NCBI GenBank assembly: GCA_965198235.1 | Contig: OZ240248.1 | Coordinates: forward strand, 320,001 to 384,000 | DNA length: 64,000 nt | Origin: Candidatus Poribacteria bacterium | Lineage (GTDB): Bacteria > Poribacteria > WGA-4E > WGA-3G | Direction of reading: 5' to 3' | Position numbers and translations under genes: made by a program | Notes under the pieces: model-generated | What the model was told of the DNA's origin: nothing | Databases searched by the model: none | Seen by the model: only the letters and a program-made list of their open reading frames with translations | Part shown: positions 1-10,517 of the stretch, piece after piece | How the letters are laid out: each line of letters begins with the position of its first letter | How positions within the stretch are numbered: position 1 is the stretch's first letter

Positions 1-286
1 GGCATCCTGCCGAAAGCGTGACAGCACAGAACACTGTGAAAATAGAAAGGTAACGTTTCATCTCTTTCCTCCTACTCTATGGCTCCGCTTTTCAGAATAT
101 TATACCCTATTTCCGTTTTCTTTGAATTGGAATTTTGCAGAGGTATTCAATTCTACTGTAGGAGAGGGAATGCCCAAGCAAAACACTCCGAAAATGTCTC
201 TGGGAATTTCATGATAATCGTTGCTTTAAAAGTGCACTCGACCTATAATGTACTATCTGGATTTATAAGTAAAAGGAGACAGCACA

Positions 287-1324
287 ATGTACAAAAGTGC
301 AATTTTAGGATGTCGGGGACGTGCCCGCGGACACGCACGCGCATATCAACACGTCAAGGGCGGTAAACTTGCTGCTATTTGCGACATGCAGGAAGATCTA
401 CTCAACGATTTCGGAGATGAGTTCGGCATTGATGCTCGTTATACCGATCTCGATGAGATGCTTTCAAAGGAGAAACCGGATCTCCTGCACATTGTTACGG
501 CGCCCGTGCTGCGCGGCAGTAATAAACGCATCCGCTACCCGCTGATGAACCAAGCCTCTGAACACGGCGTACCTGCAGCGATTGTTGAAAAACCGATTGC
601 TGTGGAGAGCGAAGATTGGCGGCAGATTTCTGAACTTGCTCAACGCACCAAAACGAAATTCGTCGTTAACACGCAACTCAATTTCCATCCGCAGAATCTT
701 ACCCTCAAGCGTGATGTTGCGGAAGGCAAAATCGGTGCGATTAAATTTATTGAAGCAAGCGCGCGCAACCCACCCGTCGACCAGGCACCGCACGTCCTAC
801 AACTCGTGTCGTCCTATATTGACAACTCGCGACCCGTGAAGGTGCAGGGACAAATCTCCGGTGCGGAACAACTCGATTCCGCGCAACCTTCGCCTGCGAA
901 TGCGACTGCTTTGGTTACTTACGCAAACGGCGTGCAAGTCTCAGTTGCATTCGGACCCGAGATGGCACCCCGTGTGCTACCGGATACCGGAAACAACCGA
1001 CATAAGCGTGTATGCGTCTTTGGTGAACAAGGCTTCGTCCACTGGCGGTTTGAAAGTTGGGAACGGAATCTACCCGGTAGCGGTTACGAAGGCGGCGATC
1101 TGAGTTACGGCGCACAAGATGTCATCGCCCAAGGTGGACTCACAGACGCAGTGTTTGACTGGCTTGACGATGAGAGCAAGGAGCATCCGACCCACTTGAA
1201 ACAATCTCTTGCGGAATTCAACCTATTGTTGGGAATTTACTATAGCGGTTTGACGAACACCGTCGTTGAATTACCGTTTGATCCGCCTGATGGTATGATT
1301 GACATGTTCAGAGAACGGCTTTAA
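287..1324 (+). CDS. Gfo/Idh/MocA family oxidoreductase
   Basis: N-terminal Rossmann 'AILGCRGRARGH', 'VEKPIA' motif; AAGGAG RBS upstream. Confidence 0.9.
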   Translation: MYKSAILGCRGRARGHARAYQHVKGGKLAAICDMQEDLLNDFGDEFGIDARYTDLDEMLSKEKPDLLHIVTAPVLRGSNKRIRYPLMNQASEHGVPAAIVEKPIAVESEDWRQISELAQRTKTKFVVNTQLNFHPQNLTLKRDVAEGKIGAIKFIEASARNPPVDQAPHVLQLVSSYIDNSRPVKVQGQISGAEQLDSAQPSPANATALVTYANGVQVSVAFGPEMAPRVLPDTGNNRHKRVCVFGEQGFVHWRFESWERNLPGSGYEGGDLSYGAQDVIAQGGLTDAVFDWLDDESKEHPTHLKQSLAEFNLLLGIYYSGLTNTVVELPFDPPDGMIDMFRERL

Positions 1325-1338
1325 AAGGCACACCCCTC

Positions 1339-2493
1339 GTGAATAACATCATCTACATGGACAACCACGCTACAACGCCAATTGCCCCTGAAGTTTTAGA
1401 GGCGATGATGCCTTACCTCACCACGCACTTCGGCAACGCTTCCAGCACGCATCCATTCGGTGTTACGGCGAAGGACGCAGTGGACAAGGCGCGTCAGCAG
1501 GTCGCTGAACTGCTCGGTTGTTCAGGAGAAGAGATTGTCTTTACCAGCGGCGCGACTGAATCGGACAATCTCGCTATCAGGGGGATCGCTTACGCCTGTA
1601 GGGACAGGGGAAACCACATCATCACAAGCACCGCGGAGCATCACGCAATTCTCGATACATGCCACGCCTTGGCGACAGAGGGATTTGAAACCACGTATCT
1701 TCCAGTAGACAAATATGGAATGGTGAGTCCTGACGACGTGGAAGCTGCCATTACACCGAAGACGATTTTGATGAGTTTCATGTATGCGAATAACGAGGTT
1801 GGCACGATAAACCCGATTGCCGATATTGCCATTGTCGCTGCCAAGCACGGTGTGCTTTTCCATTCAGATGCGGTGCAAGGAATCGGGCAGCTGCCATCGG
1901 ACATGGAGAGGCTCGGTGTGAATCTCGCATCCCTGACGGCGCACAAGATTTATGGACCAAAGGGGATCGGCGCGCTTTACATCCGGCGAAATGGTTCTCG
2001 ACCGCATTCGCTTTTCCACGGTGGTGGACAGGAAGATGGAGTTCGACCCGGTACTTTAAACGTCGCTGGAATTGTCGGCTTAGGGGCAGCATGTGAACTT
2101 GCTAAAAACTACATGGAGAAGGGAAAAAACTGCGTGGCGACCTTGCGGGACTCACTCCATCAGAAGTTAAACGCGCGTTTGGAGGACATTCATCTCAATG
2201 GACACCCTGAACAGCGGCTACCGGGCAATCTGAATCTCTGTTTTGCAGATGTGCAGAGCCATGCCCTACTAATGGGACTTAAGCGCGTCGCGGTGTCAAC
2301 TGGGTCGGCATGTGATTCTGAGTCGGTGAAGGCATCGCATGTCTTGGTTGCGATGGGGATTCCAAATGAACTGGCGTTGACTGCTATCCGTTTCGGCTTG
2401 GGACGTTACAACACCGCGGAAGAGGTTGATGTTGTCGCCGATGAGGTCGTAAAAGTTGTCAATCGGTTGCGCGAGTTGGCACCTGAATGGTGA
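1339..2493 (+). CDS. iscS: Cysteine desulfurase (IscS/NifS family)
   Basis: 'YMDNHATTP', 'FTSGATESDN', PLP lysine 'TAHKIYGPKG', catalytic 'STGSAC'. Confidence 0.9.
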   Translation: MNNIIYMDNHATTPIAPEVLEAMMPYLTTHFGNASSTHPFGVTAKDAVDKARQQVAELLGCSGEEIVFTSGATESDNLAIRGIAYACRDRGNHIITSTAEHHAILDTCHALATEGFETTYLPVDKYGMVSPDDVEAAITPKTILMSFMYANNEVGTINPIADIAIVAAKHGVLFHSDAVQGIGQLPSDMERLGVNLASLTAHKIYGPKGIGALYIRRNGSRPHSLFHGGGQEDGVRPGTLNVAGIVGLGAACELAKNYMEKGKNCVATLRDSLHQKLNARLEDIHLNGHPEQRLPGNLNLCFADVQSHALLMGLKRVAVSTGSACDSESVKASHVLVAMGIPNELALTAIRFGLGRYNTAEEVDVVADEVVKVVNRLRELAPEW

Positions 2494-2497
2494 GGTC

Positions 2498-2725
2498 CTA
2501 AGTACTCTGCTCCGCTTGTGGGTGATTTTTGGCTGTGTGTTTGGCAATCAATTCACGCACGGCAGGCACCAATTCTATGGGAACCTCTATCAGTATGCTG
2601 GATTCGTCCTCGAATGCCGCTTCATCTTCGGCAACAGCTTCATTCTCGGTCTGTTGCTCGTAGTGGGCAATGACGCTCTGGACCCGTTCTTCGTCCCAAC
2701 CCGGGGGAAATTTATTTTCTTTCAT
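2498..2725 (-). CDS. Small acidic protein, putative antitoxin
   Basis: 75 aa, overlaps the stop of the upstream DUF4258-like gene (ATGA coupling). Confidence 0.6.
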   Translation of the reverse strand: MKENKFPPGWDEERVQSVIAHYEQQTENEAVAEDEAAFEDESSILIEVPIELVPAVRELIAKHTAKNHPQAEQST

Positions 2726-3009
2726 CGTCTGTCTTTCCTTCTTTGTCGCCGACGGTACGCCGTCAAAGGTTTTCCGCTTAATTCGTAAGCTGTAACCACA
2801 AAAACACTATTAGGTTGTCTATCCTCAACATAGACAATTCGTAAGTAGCGACCACTTTGTGTTTGACCTATGACCACTTTTGATCGTCTGTCTCCTGACC
2901 TTTTTTCACCAGGATTTAGCAAAACCTCCTCTACCTCATCCTCAGTAACGCCGTGGTTATAAATATGGGGTAAGCCAGTCTCCGGATCGCTGTAAAAGCG
3001 GATGTTCAT
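2722..3009 (-). CDS. DUF4258/BrnT-like putative toxin
   Basis: 'HGVTEDEVEEVL...GQTQSGRYLRIVY...VVTAY' pattern typical of BrnT/RelE-like ribonuclease toxins. Confidence 0.7.
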   Translation of the reverse strand: MNIRFYSDPETGLPHIYNHGVTEDEVEEVLLNPGEKRSGDRRSKVVIGQTQSGRYLRIVYVEDRQPNSVFVVTAYELSGKPLTAYRRRQRRKDRR

Positions 3010-3182
3010 TTGCTTCCTAACTATTCATTGATAAATTAGAATAATTATAGCATAGATCAAATCCAGATTGCAAAAGATATTGCCCAATTGCCCAATTTGT
3101 AGAACTGTTGCAATTTTCCTGATAATATGCTATACTCTCAATTATTGAACCTTATCCTAAGCACATAGTACGGGAATCTCGT

Positions 3183-3788
3183 ATGTCATCTGTTGCAGCC
3201 CAAACCTACCTAACCCCAGAGGAATATATCGCTGCCGAACGGAAGGCGACGCTCAAAAGCGAGTACCTCAGCGGCGAGATCGTCGCAATGTCCGGTGCCA
3301 GTAACGAACATAATCTTATCACGATGAATACGGCAAACGGACTTTACAACCAAGTGACGGGGCGAGGATGCAGAGTCTATGCTAGCGATATGCGCATCGG
3401 AATTGGCACAGGGGTTTCTTACTTCTATCCGGATGTCGCTGTCGTCTGTGATGAACCCCGTTTTGAGGATGATGCTTTCGATACACTCATTAATCCACAG
3501 GTCATCGTTGAAGTGCTGTCTCCGGCAACCAAGGCGTATGACAGAGGTGAGAAGTCTGCACGCTATCGGCAACTGGAATCACTCCAAGAATACATCCTTA
3601 TTTCACAGGATCAGGTTCATGTCGAACACTATCTCCGTCAAGGTAAACAATGGGTACTCAGCGAATTTAGCGCACTTGAGAACGTGTTGCCACTCGTTTC
3701 AATTGGGGCAGAACCCTCCTTACGTCAGATTTACAGATTCGTTGAATTTGAAACCGATGCCGCCGTTCAAACTACTCGTAGTGTCTAA
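3183..3788 (+). CDS. Uma2 family endonuclease
   Basis: 'YFYPDVAVVC', 'IVEVLSP', 'LQEYILISQD' motifs. Confidence 0.9.
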   Translation: MSSVAAQTYLTPEEYIAAERKATLKSEYLSGEIVAMSGASNEHNLITMNTANGLYNQVTGRGCRVYASDMRIGIGTGVSYFYPDVAVVCDEPRFEDDAFDTLINPQVIVEVLSPATKAYDRGEKSARYRQLESLQEYILISQDQVHVEHYLRQGKQWVLSEFSALENVLPLVSIGAEPSLRQIYRFVEFETDAAVQTTRSV

Positions 3789-3805
3789 AAGAGGAAACCC
3801 GTCTC

Positions 3806-5905
3806 ATGCTGACTGTTGAGCAACTCACTGCTTGTGAATTGGAAAAAGTAGAGGCATCGAAAATAGCCGAAGCCGTTAATCGGATATTGGAGACGCAATC
3901 TCCGACTGCCTGTTGGTACGAGATTTCACGCTATATTCTCACGCCACACCACCCGTTCGCGCTCCACCAATTGCTTTATGAGACGGTGTATGCCGACTTT
4001 GATCGCGCAACCTATGGACCACCGCCTGCATGGTTTCCTACGGACGAAGACATCACCGAAGCAAATATCACCCATCTAATGGCGACTTTAAACCTGAAAA
4101 CGTACCGCGAACTCCACGCTTGGACAGTGCGGAATCGGGACACATTTTGGCAGACGATGATTGATGCATTGGGCATTAAGACGGCATCTACAAACACCGA
4201 GGCACAACAAGACGCAACAGGCATCGCAACAACCCTTCATGAACTCAACATCGTCGAGAGCTGCTTCAGCGCGCCTCCTGATGCTATTGCGATTGTTACA
4301 CAACGAGAAAACGCCGAAAATCTGGAAACATTCACCTATCACGAACTGGAGTCCCTCACCAATCGCGTCGCGAACGGACTTGTCGAAATCGGTATGAGGC
4401 AAGGCGACGCGGTGGCAGTCGACATGCCGATGAATGCCGAATCTGTCGCTATCTATCTGGGGATCGTCAAAGCGGGATGTGTTGTTGTTGGCATCGCTGA
4501 TAGTTTTGCGCCGGATGAGATAGCCACCCGTCTCCGTATCGGTAATGTCAAAGCAATCTTTACACAGGATTATATCAACAGGGCAGGTAAACGCCTCCCG
4601 TTGTATGAGAAAGTAATCGCCGCAAACGCACCAAAAGCGATCGTATTTAGTGCAGCTGGCAAGCTAAATCTTGCTATAGAAAAGCCGTCTGAAGGCGGTG
4701 ACACGGTCGCACAGTCCCTACGCGAAGGTGATATGACATGGAGCGACTTTCTGAGTGACACGGAAACCTTTACCGCTGTTCCCTGCCATCCTGATGCACA
4801 TACCAATATCCTCTTCTCCTCCGGGACCACTGGCGAACCGAAGGCGATCCCGTGGACGCATACCACCCCGATCAAATGTGCTGCGGATGCCTATCTACAC
4901 CACGACATTCACGCCAACGACGTGTTGGCATGGCACACAAACCTCGGCTGGATGATGGGACCGTGGCTCATCTACGCCAGCCTCATCAACAAAGCCACTA
5001 TCGCTTTATACGATGGCGTGCCGACCGGGCGCGACTTCGGTGTTTTTGTCCAGAACGCGAAAGTCAGCATGCTCGGTGTCGTACCTACCCTCGTTCGGGC
5101 GTGGAAAAATACAGAATGTATGCACGGACTGGACTGGCACGCGATCCGAGCCTTCAGTTCAACAGGTGAATGCTCTAATCCAGAGGAGATGCTTTACCTC
5201 ATGTCCTTGGCGGGTTATAAACCGGTGATAGAGTATTGCGGCGGCACCGAGATCGGAGGCGGTTATGTCACCGGCACTCGGATTCAACCCGCTGCGCCTT
5301 CGACCTTTACAACGCCAGCACTCGGTTTAGATTTCCTACTCTACAATGATCATGGGAACCCCTCTGACAACGGTGAAGTTTTCATCGTTCCGCCCTCTCT
5401 TGGTCTCTCCACGAGCCTGCTTAATGCTGACCACGATGAAGTTTACTTTGCAGGGACACCGCGTCCCGATTTGCGCCGCCACGGCGATGCAATTGAAAGG
5501 TTAGGCAAAAGACTCGAAAGTGAGCCATGGCTTGCAGGAATTAAATATCGGGTTCACGGACGCGTTGACGATACGATGAACCTGAGCGGTATCAAGGTGA
5601 GTTCCGCAGAGATTGAAGAAGTTCTTAACGTTGTTGATGGGATACAGGAGACAGCGGCGGTCGCTGTCTCACCGGAAGACGGCGGTCCCAGCCAACTCGT
5701 CATCTATACTGTGCTGGCGGCATCGGAATCTGGGAAACCAACAAAACAGGAGATTCATGATGCGTTGCAAGTCGCGCTCTCCCAACATCTCAACCCATTG
5801 TTCAGAATTCACGATGTCGTTATAGTGGATGCGTTGCCACGAACAGCCTCTAATAAGGTGATGCGTCGGTTGCTGCGTCAGCATTGTCCCGCAAGTTTCC
5901 TATAG
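3806..5905 (+). CDS. AMP-dependent acyl-CoA synthetase (acetyl-CoA synthetase-like)
   Basis: 'ILFSSGTTGEPKAI' AMP-binding motif, 'GRVDD', 'LPRTASNKVMRR'. Confidence 0.9.
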   Translation: MLTVEQLTACELEKVEASKIAEAVNRILETQSPTACWYEISRYILTPHHPFALHQLLYETVYADFDRATYGPPPAWFPTDEDITEANITHLMATLNLKTYRELHAWTVRNRDTFWQTMIDALGIKTASTNTEAQQDATGIATTLHELNIVESCFSAPPDAIAIVTQRENAENLETFTYHELESLTNRVANGLVEIGMRQGDAVAVDMPMNAESVAIYLGIVKAGCVVVGIADSFAPDEIATRLRIGNVKAIFTQDYINRAGKRLPLYEKVIAANAPKAIVFSAAGKLNLAIEKPSEGGDTVAQSLREGDMTWSDFLSDTETFTAVPCHPDAHTNILFSSGTTGEPKAIPWTHTTPIKCAADAYLHHDIHANDVLAWHTNLGWMMGPWLIYASLINKATIALYDGVPTGRDFGVFVQNAKVSMLGVVPTLVRAWKNTECMHGLDWHAIRAFSSTGECSNPEEMLYLMSLAGYKPVIEYCGGTEIGGGYVTGTRIQPAAPSTFTTPALGLDFLLYNDHGNPSDNGEVFIVPPSLGLSTSLLNADHDEVYFAGTPRPDLRRHGDAIERLGKRLESEPWLAGIKYRVHGRVDDTMNLSGIKVSSAEIEEVLNVVDGIQETAAVAVSPEDGGPSQLVIYTVLAASESGKPTKQEIHDALQVALSQHLNPLFRIHDVVIVDALPRTASNKVMRRLLRQHCPASFL

Positions 5906-5981
5906 AGGCTTGCGCCAGCGAAAAATTGGACTTCACATTTGTTCAACCCCGCCGACTCTCACTGCGAGGCAACACGCGGAG

Positions 5982-6026
5982 ATGTAATACAAGGAATGGA
6001 TTTAGTCTATCTCCAGACCAAATCCG
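5982..6026. repeat. Intergenic palindromic repeat, family E
   Basis: 'atgtaatacaaggaatggatttagtctatctccagaccaaatccg' recurs inverted at about 31890-31933. Confidence 0.7.
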
Positions 6027-6129
6027 GCGTTGATTCCCTACGATTGCATTCTAAATCCTATCGGATTTGACAATTTTCCAACCGCATGCTACTATTTTAG
6101 CAATTCACGCCAATAAATGGAGTCACACC

Positions 6130-7347
6130 ATGCAAGAGAAACAGTTCAAAGTTAGAGCGGCGCATTGCGATTATCGCGCAACGGAAGAGGAGATTTATCA
6201 AACACTCCGCCGTATCACCGACCCGCTCACCCGTGCCTGGAAACCGATTGAGACCGCCAAGAAGGTGGTCATGAAACTCAATATGATGAAACCGGCTGAG
6301 CGCATTATCTACTTTGAGGGTCGCCGCCGAGAATTAGTAGACGATGCGGTTTGTCGTGCCGTGCTGCGATTAATCAAGGAACATACCACGGCGCAGTTGG
6401 TCGCTACCGATACGAACCCGTATACCCACGGGCATCGCATGCCCCCGGGTTTCAACTACGAGCATCACTTAAAAGAATTCGACGTGCAGTTCGTCGATTC
6501 CAACCTCCCACCGTTTAAGGACTACGATGTCCCCGGCGGCGGTTCAATGTTCGATCGCTATACGCTGAGTGCTTGTTTTGACGATGCGGATGCAGTCGTC
6601 TCTGTCGCAAAGATGAAAAACCACGCCTTCATGGGCATCACCTTGTGCACCAAAAACCTGTTCGGGTTGCCACCGATGCTTCTCCCAGAAGGCAGGACAC
6701 GCAGTTATTACCATCATCTCATACGACTCTCCTACGTGCTCCCGGATCTGGCACTCATCACGAAGCCGTGCCTGAATATCATTGATGCGTTGACGGGACA
6801 GTGGGGACGCGAATGGGGCGGCGAAGGCAGAATCTGTAACGCACTCATCGCGGGGGATCATCCAATCTCCACTGACACCGTTGGTATGCACCTGATGGGA
6901 CACGATCCGCAGTCCGATTGGCCCACACCGCCCTTCAAGCGCGATCGGAACCATATCCTCATCGCGGCACAGCGCGGATACGGCACTGTCAACTTGGATG
7001 AGATCGATTGGGAGAGCGAAGTCAAGGCACCGTTGGCGGAGTTCGATTCTGTCGAAACGGATACGCCGGAGACGGTCGCTAACTGGCGGCGAACCACGTG
7101 TGAGCAAGGACTGGTTTACCTCGAAAATCAGAAGGACCTGATTGACCGGTATCGTAACGACTTCATTTACATGCAAAGTGGCGAAGTCGTCTGGAGTGGA
7201 CCGGATCCCTCGAATCTCGGCAGCCGTCGACAACTGAGCGGTGAGCAGAAAGATAGCGCGCTTTGGCTCAAACTTGTCGATGCTGAAGAGCATGAAGGCG
7301 AACGTTTCAACGTCTATGAAGAGTGTCTGAAACCCTTTGCGGCGTAA
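6130..7347 (+). CDS. DUF362 domain protein (putative Fe-S protein) with C-terminal extension
   Basis: 'KLNM', 'VAKMKNH', 'TLCTKNLFG', 'NIIDAL' motifs; start placed at MQEKQ after GGAG. Confidence 0.8.
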   Translation: MQEKQFKVRAAHCDYRATEEEIYQTLRRITDPLTRAWKPIETAKKVVMKLNMMKPAERIIYFEGRRRELVDDAVCRAVLRLIKEHTTAQLVATDTNPYTHGHRMPPGFNYEHHLKEFDVQFVDSNLPPFKDYDVPGGGSMFDRYTLSACFDDADAVVSVAKMKNHAFMGITLCTKNLFGLPPMLLPEGRTRSYYHHLIRLSYVLPDLALITKPCLNIIDALTGQWGREWGGEGRICNALIAGDHPISTDTVGMHLMGHDPQSDWPTPPFKRDRNHILIAAQRGYGTVNLDEIDWESEVKAPLAEFDSVETDTPETVANWRRTTCEQGLVYLENQKDLIDRYRNDFIYMQSGEVVWSGPDPSNLGSRRQLSGEQKDSALWLKLVDAEEHEGERFNVYEECLKPFAA

Positions 7348-7353
7348 TTGCCG

Positions 7354-7400
7354 TTGTCTGAATCGCGGATTATCACAGATAACACGGATGACGCGGATTT
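7354..7400. repeat. Intergenic repeat with 9-mer 'acgcggatt/acacggatg' units, family D
   Basis: 'ttgtctgaatcgcggatta...acacggatgacgcggatt' also at 39702-39760. Confidence 0.7.
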
Positions 7401-7535
7401 TAAGAGGCTTTTTTGTTTCGCTTGATGTTCTTTAGACCCGTAGGTACAGCATCTGGACAGAAAAGGTTGAGAGTAACCCAAGAAAGCCTCGTAGCAGCGG
7501 CATTCGTATCGTGTTTGAAGCAAGGAGAAATCAAA

Positions 7536-8288
7536 ATGGGTATCACCAACGCGGAAAAGAAGCAATTGGATGAACACGGATGCATCGTCATCCCAGATGT
7601 GCTTTCCGATGAAGAGATTGAGGTCTATAGAGCCGATATACTTCGCTTGGCGGAAGAGGAGAAACAGAACGGATTGGCGCGTCAACATAGCGACGGACAT
7701 GGACAGCACGTCCGTTGGTTAGTCAACAAGGGCGAGATGTACGAGCAGCTCGTCGCTCGCCCCAAAGTGATGCCCTTCTTTGAACATCTCCTCGGTCCCG
7801 ATTATACGCTCAGCACACTCACTTCCAATCTCATTGATCCGGGCGCGCCGGATGGTGGCTACCATGTCGATAGCGTGCTTGGATCGATGCCGGAGCCGCT
7901 GCCCAGTTTCCCACTGGTTGCTAACAGTCTCTGGCTCCTCGATGATTTCACACCAGAGAACGGTGGCACTCGTCATGTGCCGGGTATCCATCTTCAGCGT
8001 ATCAAGCCACCCCCTGGGACTACTCATCATCCCGATGAGGTTCGGCTCTCCGCACCGAAAGGCTCGGTGTTTCTGTTTAACGGTGCGATCTGGCATTCCG
8101 CGGGTGCCAATAAAACCGATCGGCAGCGCATCGCGTTAATCTGTTTCTGTTGTCGTTCCTTTGTCAAGCCGATGTTTGATTTCGTGCATCATCTCAAACC
8201 GGAGGTCGCCGAACGCGCTACCCCAACCATGCGCCGCATCTACGGGTTCGATTCCCAACCCCAACCCCCAGATCAGCCTACGCAGTAA
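7536..8288 (+). CDS. Phytanoyl-CoA dioxygenase (PhyH) family protein
   Basis: HxD 'YHVDS', distal 'IWHSAG'; AAGGAG RBS before MGITN. Confidence 0.9.
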   Translation: MGITNAEKKQLDEHGCIVIPDVLSDEEIEVYRADILRLAEEEKQNGLARQHSDGHGQHVRWLVNKGEMYEQLVARPKVMPFFEHLLGPDYTLSTLTSNLIDPGAPDGGYHVDSVLGSMPEPLPSFPLVANSLWLLDDFTPENGGTRHVPGIHLQRIKPPPGTTHHPDEVRLSAPKGSVFLFNGAIWHSAGANKTDRQRIALICFCCRSFVKPMFDFVHHLKPEVAERATPTMRRIYGFDSQPQPPDQPTQ

Positions 8289-8392
8289 TTGCATTCCATT
8301 GGTGAGGCTCCTAATCTCACTTAACTCGCACAATTGATAGAGGCATTTGGTTTTACTAAATTCTTCTCCTGCGTTTTCGTGCAGTGCCAACA

Positions 8393-9169
8393 TCAATTCT
8401 GAGTCTTGAGTGTACCCCAAGTTACCGCCAGTTTTCCAGTGTGTTCAATTGCCAACGCCAGTGTATGCAATCTCCTCACGTCGGCATCACTTAACGCCCC
8501 TTCAAAAATGGCAACTTCGTCAATGCCACCGGCGTACCAGATACCACCCAAGTGCTGTGTGTAGGCGATTGTCGGCTTGTGCGCGGCACCGTAAGCGATA
8601 CTGATTGGGTCAGGTGCCGGGGTACTCTTTTTTAATTCACCGTCCAGGTAGATTCGGACGGACTTTTTGTTCTCAACAACCCCAACGACATGATGCCACT
8701 CGCTATCAGTGGGAAACGGTACATAAGCGGAGGGCCAATGCTTTGCCGCGTTCGCCGTGTCCGCTCGAATCCAGATGCCAACATTATTGTTATCAAGCAG
8801 TTGAATGCCGTAGTTGTATTTGTCATAGATGGGATTTCGTGTGCCAAGGGTCGGCTTAATAATCGCCTCCATCGTCACAGAAGGGAAGAAGAGGTCCTCA
8901 CCCATTCGTATCAAATCAACAACACCGTCAAAATCGAGGGCTTCACTGCGAAACCCGTCGATTGGGTCGGGTTTGCCGGTAATCGTTCCGCTGTTCTTCC
9001 CGAAAACATCTTCAACGTCTTTCGCTTGAACGGTGTCTTTGTCAAAGGTCCAAAGTGCCGCAAGCCCCATTTTTACTCTTGGGTCCTCGGCTTCCGCCGA
9101 CTGAATCACCGTGATAGAAATTACTAAACCGACTAAAAGCAGAACAGAGAGAGACAGTTTCGTTTTCAT
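8393..9169 (-). CDS. Secreted LamG-like jellyroll protein
   Basis: Signal peptide, 'LWTFD', 'ALDFDG', 'WHHVVG', 'IDEVAIF', C-terminal 'GKLAVTWGTLK'. Confidence 0.85.
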   Translation of the reverse strand: MKTKLSLSVLLLVGLVISITVIQSAEAEDPRVKMGLAALWTFDKDTVQAKDVEDVFGKNSGTITGKPDPIDGFRSEALDFDGVVDLIRMGEDLFFPSVTMEAIIKPTLGTRNPIYDKYNYGIQLLDNNNVGIWIRADTANAAKHWPSAYVPFPTDSEWHHVVGVVENKKSVRIYLDGELKKSTPAPDPISIAYGAAHKPTIAYTQHLGGIWYAGGIDEVAIFEGALSDADVRRLHTLALAIEHTGKLAVTWGTLKTQN

Positions 9170-9473
9170 GGATCATTCCTCCTTAGGTTCTGATCTCCTT
9201 CTAAACATTTCCTATAATTTTGAATATTTAGAAAAACGTGTCAAGTTTTTTCAAGAAAATTACATTTTTTAGATACTTTTGAACATTACCTCACTAACAA
9301 AACTGTAACGTTAATCATATATTTCACGTTATAATTTAAAGCGTAAGCCTTAACAACTTCCGACTTTTATTTATTAAGATAATTGGCGTGGGCAAAGAAT
9401 TCGCTGAATAAAAAGTCGTTATCCGAGAACTGAGTAATCGTTTCCAGAAAGGAAAACAGGAGGAGATTCCATT

Positions 9474-9899
9474 GTGACTATGATAACCCTTCATTGGCAA
9501 AAATGTATAAAGAACTCCCTCTGGTGTCAATTCAATGAAAAACTCTTAAACGATAGCCGTCTTGAGACTCGTCTCGGTGACCATAGTATGAGTATCAGTG
9601 GTGTCTATGTCATCTGGACGGGGATTGACAACCGCACAGTCCTTAAAGTCGGGAGCGGAATTATCAAAGATAAATTAGCAGCACACCTCAGAAACCCTGA
9701 AATTCAAGCCTATAAACCGACACGATTGTATGCTACGTGGGCTTCTACCGTATCTGTAAATGGACTCGGAGATGTACAAAAACGCATAGAGAAGCTCCTG
9801 GGTATCGTCTTTAAACCGAAATTGGTGGAACGCTTACCTGATGTTGACCCTATATTTGCCAATCTGCCTCGGTGGAATAAACCCGTGCCTCCGCTTTGA
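9474..9899 (+). CDS. Hypothetical protein, degenerate GIY-YIG-like
   Basis: 'SGVYVIW...LKVGSG' resembles GIY..YIG; AGGAGG RBS. Confidence 0.5.
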   Translation: MTMITLHWQKCIKNSLWCQFNEKLLNDSRLETRLGDHSMSISGVYVIWTGIDNRTVLKVGSGIIKDKLAAHLRNPEIQAYKPTRLYATWASTVSVNGLGDVQKRIEKLLGIVFKPKLVERLPDVDPIFANLPRWNKPVPPL

Positions 9900-10305
9900 G
9901 AATCGAAAATAAAAATTGGAGACCGTATCACTTGCTGAATGTCAGCGGCGTGACAGTGCAACCACGACATAGGCAATGACTCGCCGGGTTTCCTAACCTT
10001 GCCTAATCCCCAAAATCGGTAGGTGCCTTTCCCAACAACGATCGGGGACCCCGATTTGTAATCCCTCCACATCAGCCAGTTCTCCTGTCGTATCACTGTT
10101 TGAATTCAGCAATATCCACTGTAGGAGCGAGCTTCAGCTCGCGACGTATTCTATAGAATCAACAAAAAACCGAAAACTGAACGGCTCTGGCTATACACTG
10201 TTTTTGCTTGCCTGCATTAGGATTGCCATGTTATACTGATACCACCTCCACATTGTTTTTCTGAAAAAAATGACCCAGTCCTAATAAATATTTACAGAAA
10301 ATATC

Positions 10306-10464
10306 ATGCCGAACCGACGCGAAACAACAATCACAAACGAATTAGTGAACATTCTACGAAACATGCGCCACAGATGGGAACTTGAAACGGAAGTCAATGC
10401 CTTTATTCAAGGCAACAGCGAACTTGATGCACTCGTGAAGACTAGAAAACCCTACGTCCACTAA
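10306..10464 (+). pseudogene. Short ORF (52 aa), probable N-terminal remnant of a larger gene
   Basis: MPNRRETTITNELVNILRNMRHRW... downstream of a promoter-like 'ttgcctg...tatact'; ends early. Confidence 0.3.
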
Positions 10465-10517
10465 TTTCAATCACGAAACTAACCTCTACGAAGCCAAAGA
10501 GGACAAGAATTTTCAGG

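Noticed and set aside
2498-3009. Novel toxin-antitoxin system
   Set aside because: Looks like a common DUF4258/BrnT-type pair; kept as features only
6544-7293. Long antisense ORFs (also 50664-51341)
   Set aside because: Fully opposite well-supported genes and without motifs
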